Assembly (NCBI GenBank): GCA_965240325.2
Contig: OZ251235.1
Coordinates: 1,798,001-1,862,000 of the forward strand
DNA from: Rebecca billardiae RCC1528
Taxonomy: Eukaryota; Protista; Haptophyta
DNA: 64,000 nucleotides
Direction: 5' to 3'
The notes beneath the pieces are model-generated. The model saw nothing but the letters and a program-made list of their open reading frames with translations. It had not been told where the DNA came from and made no database searches. Below are positions 20,091-29,419 of this stretch, one piece after another. Each line of letters opens with the position of its first letter. Within the stretch, counting starts at the first letter, position 1. The position numbers and the translations under genes were made by a program.

Positions 20091-21295
20091 TTACTTGCTG
20101 ACGACAATGTCCGGATACTCACCTGTAGAGAGCCACGTCGCGCACTCGGGCGTGAGCTGGTCTCGGACGACCCGGTCATATTTCTCCAGCTGCTCCTTGC
20201 TGAGAACATCCTTCCACCTGTTGTTGGTGCCCTTGTTCACGAAAATCTGGCCACCGCCGTCTGCCTTGCCATCGGCCGCCCACGGCCTCCCACCGAGCGG
20301 CGCGACCTTGTCGCCCATGCCCTGCATGTACTCGAACGTGCACTTGCGCACCTGCTCGTCGAACTTGGCGTCGTCCACCGGCGTGCCGAGGAACTCGGCG
20401 ATGCGCCGCATCTCGCCGGGAAGGTCCGCCTTCAGGTTGTTGAAGTGCACGAAGAGGATGTTCTCGAGGTTGCGGTACTGCCACCACGTGCTCACGTTGT
20501 AAAAGAGCGACCACCACGGCCACCCGTCCGACTCCCACGGGTGCGTCTCCCAGCCCTGCGAGATCCACCGGTCAAAGAGCGTTGCCGGCGTGAACTTCTC
20601 CTCGTGCCACTTCGGCAGCGGCGGCCCGATCAGAGTCGGGCGATCGTTCATGCTGGCGTACCAAGAGTCGTTCCCTTTGTCGTAGTGATGGCACAGCGAC
20701 ATGTACGCGTCGCGGCCGTCGCGGCCGATGTAGATGTACTTGGCCTTGGGATAGTAGGGCATGGCTGTCGCGGGGAGGTGCGTCTTGAGGAAGCGGCGGT
20801 GCTGGAGCTGGTCGATCATCTCCATCTTTGCATCGAGGTCTCCCGCCGCCAGATCCACCCACGGGGAGATGTCGGGCACGGGCTTGGGCGGGTCCTCGCC
20901 GTTGAAGATGAGCATTGCCACGATCTGCTGCATCCAGGTGGTCCCCTGCGGCCGGAAGTGCGAGCGCGCGAAAGGGAGGGGGCGCAGGTCGAGACGGGGT
21001 GCTACGAACACACGCATGCACACGGCTCGGGCCGAACGGGCGGGATGTCCCGCGCTGCCACGCGCGCACGCACCGACTTGTAGGCCGTCACGATGAAGAC
21101 ATCATCGTCGCGCGGGTTGAACTTGTCCCAGACCGTGCTGTCGAAGTGGTGCGACTTGTACACCCGTGTGCGCTTGGGGACGCGGTTGCGATTGGCCAGC
21201 TCGATGTAGAGTTTGGCGGCGCGAGCCAGGAAGTACCCCACCGCCGCGGTGGCGACAAAAAGCGCCGCTTCCTCCAAGCGGATGACGGCATCCAT
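20091..21295 (-). CDS. PAPS-dependent sulfotransferase; exons 21295-21074 and 20945-20091
   Basis: Splicing the GT-AG intron 21073-20946 restores the 5'-PSB loop AYKSGTTW. Also RFLKTHLP, IYIGRDGRD..MS and FVNKG...RWK. Confidence 0.92.
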
Positions 21296-21551
21296 CGTGA
21301 TGCGGGATGGCGGCGGTGATGATGAATCGCGCGCTCCGAATTAATTTCTGTGCCGCCTGATGATAATGAGCCCGATGCAAAACCCGACAGCTGCACGAGC
21401 GCTGCATCTGCTACATGCGCAGGCGCCGCAGTGGCGGCAGCGGCTTGATCGGCACCAGCGAGACCACATTGTCACGTGACACGTCCGCGCTGCTCATCTG
21501 CATCGCTCACGCCGAGGCCGAGCGTGGCGCTCCGCCTCACTGCGCACGTAC

Positions 21552-24500
21552 TCAGTGCAGCTGGCGATGGTCGGCGCGCGCCGCGTTGGCGCCCGCTCTG
21601 GCCGGCTTGCCGTTCTTCGGCGAGTGCGGCCCCCGGAGCGTCAGCGCGCGCATCAGCGTGCGCGGCGGCTTCCGCTGCGCGCTCTCCGCCATCCTTCGCC
21701 GCAGCCGGAAGCCCTGAAAGTTCGCCTGCACGACCGCGGCGGCCGCCCACGCGAGCGCTCGCGCGCGGTGTGCCTCCCATTGTACAAACTCCTCTGGCAG
21801 TAGCGCGTGGTTGTGCGCGTGGCGCTTGCACAGCAGGTAGAGCAGGTGCTGCGCGCGCAGCGGCGCGCGGTTCGTCGCGTCGTGCACGCTGCCCAGCAGC
21901 GTCGACGACGCCGCGGCCGGCGAGCCGCCGGCGCGCGGCGACGGCGCGCGCGCTGAGAGCGCTTGCGCCTCGCCCTCACGCCGGCTGCGGCCCGAGAGCT
22001 CGGACGCGTCGCTCAGGTCGCCGATGTGCATCTTCTTGAGCGCGACGCGCGCCGCCTGACGCCCCGCCGGCGACTCGACCGCGTTGAGCGCGAGCAGCAT
22101 GTACCTCAGCTCGAGCAGCTCGATCCGGTCCCAGACGACGCCGTGAGAGAGCGCGCGGCGCGCGCCGACTGGTGTCAGGTCGGCCGGCCCAAAGTCCAAA
22201 TCCTCTGGCCCGCGCGCCGGCCCGCCCGTGTACGCGCGCTCGCGCTCGGCGAGCGCGCGCAGCACGTGCGGCAGCTCGTACATCGGCATCTCGTCCGTCG
22301 CCGGCCGCCGCGCGCGCGGCGCCGCGCGCACGACCGCCGCCGAGTGCGAGTGCGTCGCTACCCACGCTTCCAAGAAGAGCCCGAATCTCGCGAGCGAGAT
22401 CGGCCAGCGGCGGCGCTCAAGCACGACCGTGAAGGCGTCGAGGATGGTGGCGACGTAGAGGTTGAGCAGCACGTTGATCACGAGGACCCAGTGCGAGGTG
22501 AAGAAGAGGAACGCCGCGATCGGCGAGCCGCAGTCCGAGTGTCGGCCCGGCGGCGCGTCCGCGGCCGGCGTGCAGAGCGGCGGCGCGACCGAAGCGTCGA
22601 CCATCATCGCTATCCAGTCTTCGCCCGCCGCGACCTCAAAGAGGAGGAGGAGCCCCTTGAAGATGGAGCGGAAGTTGGCGTGGCCGTCGAGGTGCTCGCC
22701 GAGCCGCACGTCGCCGAAGAGCTGCAGCCCGAGCGCCGCGTACATGTACGTGAGCAGCAGCTGCAGCGAGAGGATGTTCACGATCAGCGGCAGGCTGAGC
22801 CGCATTGCGCCCAGGAGCATGTGCACACCGCGCAGCTGCAGCGCGCGCGCGCCCATCTGCACGCGCATGACGAGGCGGAGCGTGGCGAGCGGCAGCGACA
22901 TGCCGTCCACCGAGAAGGGCAGCGCCGCGCGCGCCGGCCGCGGCGTCGCGCACAGCGCGAGCAGCGCCGCCACCACCAGCGCGTCCACCAGCCCCCACAG
23001 AGTGGCCACATACACACGCACTCCGTACGCCGAGAAATCGATCGCGAGCTCGAGCGCAAACGCGACGGCAAAGAGGAGCTTGAGCGCGGCGAAGAGGCGC
23101 TCGTCGAGGGTGAAGTCGCGCACGTGCTCGGCCGTGAGCGCGACCACCGCCAGCCCGCTCAGCGCCGCGCTCGCGCGGTGCACCGCGCCGGACTTGGACA
23201 CCCGCATCGCGACGCGCCGCCAGAGCGCCGCGGGCTCTCGTGCTGCAAACGATCGGTAATGGCCGCGCACGTCGAGCGCGCGCGCGTTGCGCAGGAGGTC
23301 GGCCCAGCGCCGCTGCATCGGCGTGAGGTGCCCCTTGCTCGCCACCTTGTTGAACTCCGCCGCCACCGAGCCGATGAAGATCTTCACGATGAAGAAGCCC
23401 ACGAAGAAATTAAACGCCACGAAAAAGAGGGCGTTGTAGGGAGACGCGTCGGCGCGCGGCTGCTGGCCTGGCGCGACAATGTCGGTGGCGGCGCGCATGA
23501 CGGGGAGCCAGCCCTTCATCGAGGCGCACTCGAAGACGGTGAGGAACGCGCGGCCGAAGTTGTCGAACGTCAGCCGCGGGCTGCTCCACACGCGCGGGCC
23601 GAACACGCCCGTGCCGCCGCTCCGGAACACACCGACGCACTCGGCGCGGCCGCTCACCGTCGGGTCATTGCACCGACCAAACGCGCCGACAAACAGGCTG
23701 AGGCCGATCACGGCGAAGAGGACGAGGAGCACGGTGAAGAGGAAGAGCACGCGCGTCGACGCCTCGAACGACTTGAGCAGCGCCGTCGCCACCAGCCGCA
23801 TCGCCGGGTACCGCGAGACCGCGCGCAGCGGGCGCAGGATGCGCAGCGCGCGCAGCGCGCGCGCAATCCCTCCAGAGTGGCCAAGGAGGTCACTGGCATA
23901 GGAGGCGGCGAGGACGACGACGTCGAGCTGGTTCCAGCCGTCGCGCAGGTACGCGGTCTTGCCGAGCAGCAGCCCGCGCGGCAGCGCCGCCACCAGCCGC
24001 AGCACCAGCTCCACCGAGAAGAACGCGATGAAGATCGTGTCCAGAATCTCGGTCGCGAGATAGACGCGGTTGTTTGCGTTGAGCGGGTGCGCAAGGACGT
24101 CCGGGGCGTCGATGGCGAGGGTGAGCGAGGAGAGGGCGATGACGAAGAGCACGGTCGCCTCGAAGCGCGAGTCGGTGACGATGTGCTGCGCCACCGACGA
24201 CGCGCGCGCGCACGCGCCCGTCTCCACGCCCATGAACGACGACGAGCGCGCGCCCACCGACTGCGCCGGCCGCGGCACGACATCAATCCGAGCGCGCGCG
24301 CGCATTCGCCCGGACACGTCAACGTGGCCGGCGGCGGCGTGCGCGTGCGCGGAGGCGCTGGCGGCGGCGTGCGCGCCGTTGGCGTGCGCGTTGCTGGCCG
24401 ACGACGGCGGCGCCTTCGCGCCGTGGCTCGCGCACACGCTCAGCCGGCGCGCGCCGTTGCTCTGACCGCCGCCGCCGGCCGCGCCGCCGGCCGCGCCGGG

Positions 24501-26693
24501 CCCGCTCGGCGGATGCGCCGCCGTCGGCTCGCGCACCGCGCGCGGCTTGAGGACGACGGAGGACTCGGCCTGGAGGAGGTGCTCCATCATCACCTCGCGC
24601 GCGTCGACGCTCGCGCCGCCGCCGCGCAGCAGCTCGCGCAGCGCCGTCGGGTCCTGCTCCTCGCTCGACGTCTGGCTGCGCTCGTGCACGGCCGCAGCTT
24701 TCCGCGCGGCCTGGTCCTCCTTGCTCTGCGAAGTCGCGGCGAAATTAATCATCAGGATGACGACGAGGAAGTTGAGCGCGACGTACTTGGTGAAGACGAA
24801 GTAGAGGAGGAAGTACGAGGCGCCGATGTACCGCGACACCGCCATCACGTGCCCCATGATCGTCGACGTCCCGCCGCCCGAGAAGACCAGGTCGAGGGTG
24901 AGTAACGATGCGAAGAAATGGTCAAAGTGCGAGCGGGCGCGCGCGCCGCCCTCCAGGTGGTCGAACTCGCCGGCGAAGAGCTGCGTGCCGATGATGGCGA
25001 AGACGAGCATCACGACGAGCAGCAGGACCACCACCGACACCACGCCCGACGCCGAGCGCAGCACCGTCGCCAGCACGATGTCGTGCCGCAGCAGCTTGGA
25101 GAGCAGCCGCAGCGCGCGCATCGAGCGCAGAGCGGTGAATGACGCCGGCAGTGAGAAGCAGAGCGTCGCGAGCGCGGCGACGGTGATGGCGCCGTCGAAG
25201 AGGTTCCACGGCGAGCGCGCGTAGTCGAGCACGCCGAGGATGAGCAGCTTGATCCCCATCTCCACCACGAAGATCAGCGTGAACGCGTCGAGCAGCCGGC
25301 TGATGACCGCGGCCTCGGAGGCGCTCGCGTCCGCCCGCACAAGTGCCATGACCACGACGTTGAGGACGACGATGCCCGTGACGAGGTTCTCGAAGGGCGC
25401 GCTCTCCGGGCCGTCGCCGACGAGGCGGCGGCCGCGCTGGCGCAGCCGCGTGAGCAGCCCCGGCCGGCGCGGCTCGAGCCCGATCGGGTGCGCCACCGCC
25501 GCCCCGCCGCCGTGCGTCGCGCCGAGCCCGCGCGCCGCCGCGAACGTAGCGTACTGCTCGCGCAGCGACTGCCGCGTGGTCGACTGCTGCACCTTGCCGG
25601 TCGTCTGCTTGAAGGAGGCGCGGACGATGGCGATGAAGAGGGAGAAGAAGATGAAGGTGACCGAGACGACCAGCAGCACAAAGTACATCACCGACAGCGC
25701 GCCGTTCGCCTCGAGGATGCCGTGCAGCGTGGGCGCGACGACGACACCCGACGCCGCGTTGAACACCGTGAGCCACGCTGCGAGCGCCGAGTCGAAAGTT
25801 GTGAACGCGCGGTTGTCGACGGCGAGCGGCGTGCACGCGGCGGGCTCGGCGCAGACGGCGGGCCGCGCGGCGAACCACCCGACCGCCGACTCGGGGGGGC
25901 GGCAGAACCGCCTCGGCCGCTGCTCGACCCACTCCGGATCGGCGGCGGCGCCGCCGCCGCCGCCGTCGGCGGCGGTGGCGCCGCCGCCGCCCACGCGCAC
26001 CTGGCATGTCGCGTCGAGCGCGTCCTGGAAGGAGTGGAGGCCGAAGGCGGTGTACACGAGGAGCAGGAGCATCACGAGCACGGCGCAGTCGCGCAGCAGC
26101 GGCAGCGACGCGACCAGCGCCTCGAGCATCCGCCGGATGTTCGTCAGGAACTTGACCGCGCGCAGCGCGCGGATCGCGCGGAACGCGCGCACGGCGCGCA
26201 GCGCCTGCAGCGCGCCGCCGTCGAACTGGGCGTGCGGCATGCTGACCATCAGCACGGCGAACCACGAGATGACGACGATGAACGCGTCCACGCGCGTCCA
26301 GCCGTCGCGCAGCGCCTTGCGCGGGCCGTACGCCACGAAGCGCAGCAGCAGCTCGAGCGTGAAGATGATGGTGAACCACAGGTCGAGCTTGCCGAGCAGC
26401 GGCTTGCTGACGAGCTGGTACGCGCGCACGCGCGTGTCCAGCGCGAGGCCGACGATGCTCAGCAGGATCGTGAGGATGATCACCGGGTCGAAGAGCGGGT
26501 GTGCCAGCACGCCGTGCGCCCACGCCGCGACGCGCTCGGCAAGCGCCGAGACGCGGTCCCAGCAGCGCGGCCGCTGCAGCAGCCGCGCGCGATCCTGCCT
26601 GTAGCGCTCGACGTACGCGTCGGACGGCCTCTCGATGGTCGGGCGCGCCCCGCCACTCGGCAGCGCCGCCAGCTTCGGCGGCGAGGGCGCCAT
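21552..26693 (-). CDS. NALCN: NALCN-like four-domain cation channel (1713 aa, intronless)
   Basis: Four 6-TM repeats with S4 arginine series. NALCN-like signatures PRVWSSPRLTFDN, SMKGW, LTPMQRRWADL, GEDW and PPLCTP...SDCG. IQ-like tail AAVVQANFQGFRLRR. Confidence 0.88.
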   Translation of the reverse strand: MAPSPPKLAALPSGGARPTIERPSDAYVERYRQDRARLLQRPRCWDRVSALAERVAAWAHGVLAHPLFDPVIILTILLSIVGLALDTRVRAYQLVSKPLLGKLDLWFTIIFTLELLLRFVAYGPRKALRDGWTRVDAFIVVISWFAVLMVSMPHAQFDGGALQALRAVRAFRAIRALRAVKFLTNIRRMLEALVASLPLLRDCAVLVMLLLLVYTAFGLHSFQDALDATCQVRVGGGGATAADGGGGGAAADPEWVEQRPRRFCRPPESAVGWFAARPAVCAEPAACTPLAVDNRAFTTFDSALAAWLTVFNAASGVVVAPTLHGILEANGALSVMYFVLLVVSVTFIFFSLFIAIVRASFKQTTGKVQQSTTRQSLREQYATFAAARGLGATHGGGAAVAHPIGLEPRRPGLLTRLRQRGRRLVGDGPESAPFENLVTGIVVLNVVVMALVRADASASEAAVISRLLDAFTLIFVVEMGIKLLILGVLDYARSPWNLFDGAITVAALATLCFSLPASFTALRSMRALRLLSKLLRHDIVLATVLRSASGVVSVVVLLLVVMLVFAIIGTQLFAGEFDHLEGGARARSHFDHFFASLLTLDLVFSGGGTSTIMGHVMAVSRYIGASYFLLYFVFTKYVALNFLVVILMINFAATSQSKEDQAARKAAAVHERSQTSSEEQDPTALRELLRGGGASVDAREVMMEHLLQAESSVVLKPRAVREPTAAHPPSGPGAAGGAAGGGGQSNGARRLSVCASHGAKAPPSSASNAHANGAHAAASASAHAHAAAGHVDVSGRMRARARIDVVPRPAQSVGARSSSFMGVETGACARASSVAQHIVTDSRFEATVLFVIALSSLTLAIDAPDVLAHPLNANNRVYLATEILDTIFIAFFSVELVLRLVAALPRGLLLGKTAYLRDGWNQLDVVVLAASYASDLLGHSGGIARALRALRILRPLRAVSRYPAMRLVATALLKSFEASTRVLFLFTVLLVLFAVIGLSLFVGAFGRCNDPTVSGRAECVGVFRSGGTGVFGPRVWSSPRLTFDNFGRAFLTVFECASMKGWLPVMRAATDIVAPGQQPRADASPYNALFFVAFNFFVGFFIVKIFIGSVAAEFNKVASKGHLTPMQRRWADLLRNARALDVRGHYRSFAAREPAALWRRVAMRVSKSGAVHRASAALSGLAVVALTAEHVRDFTLDERLFAALKLLFAVAFALELAIDFSAYGVRVYVATLWGLVDALVVAALLALCATPRPARAALPFSVDGMSLPLATLRLVMRVQMGARALQLRGVHMLLGAMRLSLPLIVNILSLQLLLTYMYAALGLQLFGDVRLGEHLDGHANFRSIFKGLLLLFEVAAGEDWIAMMVDASVAPPLCTPAADAPPGRHSDCGSPIAAFLFFTSHWVLVINVLLNLYVATILDAFTVVLERRRWPISLARFGLFLEAWVATHSHSAAVVRAAPRARRPATDEMPMYELPHVLRALAERERAYTGGPARGPEDLDFGPADLTPVGARRALSHGVVWDRIELLELRYMLLALNAVESPAGRQAARVALKKMHIGDLSDASELSGRSRREGEAQALSARAPSPRAGGSPAAASSTLLGSVHDATNRAPLRAQHLLYLLCKRHAHNHALLPEEFVQWEAHRARALAWAAAAVVQANFQGFRLRRRMAESAQRKPPRTLMRALTLRGPHSPKNGKPARAGANAARADHRQLH

Positions 26694-27189
26694 CGCTCGG
26701 GCTGTGCTCGGCGAGGGCTTGGCGCTTCAAATCGAGCTCGGCCCCGCCGCGAGCATGGCGCTGAAATCTTGCGCGCAGTGGCGCGCTGTGTGCCTGCCGC
26801 TTGAGCAAGCTGAAAGCGACCACCTTGCGGTGTCGCGCCGCCGCCTCGCGCCTCGCTGTCGAGCTCGCGACGTGGCAGTTGAAACAGTGTTCCAACCGAT
26901 TTACTTGCCACCAACGTCGCTCGTATTCATCTGGCGGGGGGAGTAGATATCATCAGGTTCGGGACTGTTGAGTGTCATATTACGATTGACACTATGGATC
27001 AGAGCAAGCGTACTGTTTTATGGCGGATCAGAGCAAGCGAGCTTGAACGCGAATACAAGTTCATCGCTCTTTCATCGGTTGGGCCACAATTAACCGCCTT
27101 GATGAGGGAACACTCACCACCCTCACTGCCTCAGCAGCACAGGTGGTGCGGGGCCCCTTGGGGAGGGGGGGGGGGGCGGCGCTGTCACC

Positions 27190-28248
27190 ATGCGTGCGCG
27201 ATTCGCTTGGCTGTGCGCGGCTTTGGCGCTGCAGCGCCTTTCCGAAGCCGCTGAGCGTCCTGGCCCTCGCCGGCGGCAGCTCACTTTCCTCGAGGGCGGC
27301 GCCGATGACGACGTTCTCGATGGCGAGGATGGCGCTCAGGATATTATTCGTGCGGGCGAGGGGAACAACGTGATCAGAATGCACGACGGCGGCGGCTTTG
27401 CGAGCGCTGGCGACGGCGACGATACCATCATCGCGTACGCCGGCTACGAAATTGTGCAGGCTGGAAACGGAGACAACTACGTCCACCTCGGGGATGGCGG
27501 CGGATTTGTCGCTGCGGGCGATGGCGACGATTCGATCACCCTGCAGGATGGGTACGCAAAGGTGCAGGCGGGCGGTGGCAACGACCTGGTGGACATCGGG
27601 AATGGTGGCGGCTTCGTCGGCGCCGGCGCCGGCCACGACACTGTCATCACCGGCGACGGCGGCGACGCGTACACTGCGGTCGACGCGGGCGCAGGCGACG
27701 ACACTGTCATCATCGGCGATGGAGGCGCCTTTGTCAGCGGCGGCGACGGGGCGGACACCATCATCTCGCACGGCAGCGGGCGCTTGGTCGTCGACGGAGG
27801 CCCCGGCAACGACGTCATCCGCACCGGCAGCGGCTACGACGTCGTCAACGCCGGCAGCGGCAACGATGTCGTGGACGTCGGCAGTGGCGGCGCGTTTGTC
27901 GGCGGCGGCGCCGGTGACGATTACATCGTGGCTGGCGCTGGGTATGACGTGGTGGACGCGGGGCCCGGGGACGACTGGGTCTTCATCGGCGACGGCGGCG
28001 GCTTCGCCTACGGCGGCACCGGGAACGACGTCCTCATCGGTGGCTCCGGCGACGACATCCTCGACGGCGGCAAGGGCGACGACTACATCGCGTGCGGAGA
28101 TGGGTACGACGTCGCGAACGGCGGCGGCGGGCGTGACACGTTCGTCAACTGTGAGGTGATCGTGCCGTCGTCGCCGCCCTCGGCGCCGCCGCCGCCGTCC
28201 CCGCCGGCGCCGCCCCCGACCCGCCGCCGCAGGCGCCTTCAACAATAA
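27190..28248 (+). CDS. Secreted RTX (hemolysin-type Ca2+-binding) repeat protein
   Basis: Signal peptide, continuous [AG]GxGxDx[IVL] nonapeptide repeats, SP-rich tail ending RRRRLQQ. Confidence 0.9.
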   Translation: MRARFAWLCAALALQRLSEAAERPGPRRRQLTFLEGGADDDVLDGEDGAQDIIRAGEGNNVIRMHDGGGFASAGDGDDTIIAYAGYEIVQAGNGDNYVHLGDGGGFVAAGDGDDSITLQDGYAKVQAGGGNDLVDIGNGGGFVGAGAGHDTVITGDGGDAYTAVDAGAGDDTVIIGDGGAFVSGGDGADTIISHGSGRLVVDGGPGNDVIRTGSGYDVVNAGSGNDVVDVGSGGAFVGGGAGDDYIVAGAGYDVVDAGPGDDWVFIGDGGGFAYGGTGNDVLIGGSGDDILDGGKGDDYIACGDGYDVANGGGGRDTFVNCEVIVPSSPPSAPPPPSPPAPPPTRRRRRLQQ

Positions 28249-29419
28249 CTCATCACATCTCAGCATCCGCTCGTATCGAATCAGGTTCAGGCCCAAGTGC
28301 TGAGCTAAGCTTATAATGATATATAAAGCTAGCTTGCGGACTACTACGACGGGTGACTCGCATTGGCCGCGATCAGCCAACTGTAGGTGCACTTCTTAGT
28401 AGAGAGAGAGCCGAGAGCCCCGACGGAGAGAGAGAGACTAGATTGTCTGATCAGAGAGACGGACGCGGACGAGTACGGACGGATCATATCCGGCCCGTCC
28501 GCCCGAACCAAAGTAGACTATTAGGCTGGCCGGCTCCGGTCCATCGCCCCCCCACCCCCACGGTAGCTTACGTAGCTCCGTTATATCACTATATACGTCT
28601 TGGCCGCCCCGTCGGAGCCGAAGTCAATAACCAAGCGCGGACCCGGCATGCAGCAGAGAGTCCCTTCCCACGGTCCGCGCCCATTTGAATACTTTGATTG
28701 ACGATGATCAGACTTCATTCGGTCAACGATAGTAGTCTAGACGAATCATGGTGCAACGTCCGAAATGTAAGCTAGTGAGTAGTGAAATGTCCGCATCCGA
28801 CCACCTCCGCCAGTCCCAATAGGTTCAGACTCTATTTTTGTCAAAGGAATCGCCAATCTACAGTGATTTCCAATTTCCAATCCAACGTCATTTTTGATTT
28901 TACTCGCAGTCACACAGTGGCGGCGCGACCGCTGCGGCGGCGCTCGCACAAAATCACCTCCAAAATCAACCCGAACCTGATCCTAATATCCAGCAGGACA
29001 GCATGGCTGGCGGTGGCATCTCGAGGCCTGCGTCTCGACTACTAGAAGCCTTCAGAATTATTCTCAGAATACAAGCCTTCAGATGATTCTGAAATGAACG
29101 AAACATGAGCCAAGCACTTCTGAACACGCTGTGCGGAACATCACCACAACATCGAGCCGAAGCCCGTCACGCCCGACCTCGACCGTCGTCATGCCTCAAG
29201 ATGCGTTCGCCGAGCGCTCCCAATCAATGTCAATATATGACAATTTTATACTGCGCTAAGTGGCTATATGCTGTAATTACTACCCGCGTCCGCCCTTACT
29301 CAGATTTCAGCCTGCGTGGTTAGTCATGATGCGATACCATCATAATCTAGTCCACACCGAGTGGACGACAGTGATCGTTGGCAGGGCGGAGCTCTGGCCA
29401 GGCTGACGGATGAGTCATG

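Noticed and set aside
21963-26895. Long antisense and alternative-frame ORFs over the channel gene (likewise 46644-48926, 39558-41678, 59513-61711, 62750-63892)
   Set aside because: Shadow ORFs caused by high GC3 in real genes.
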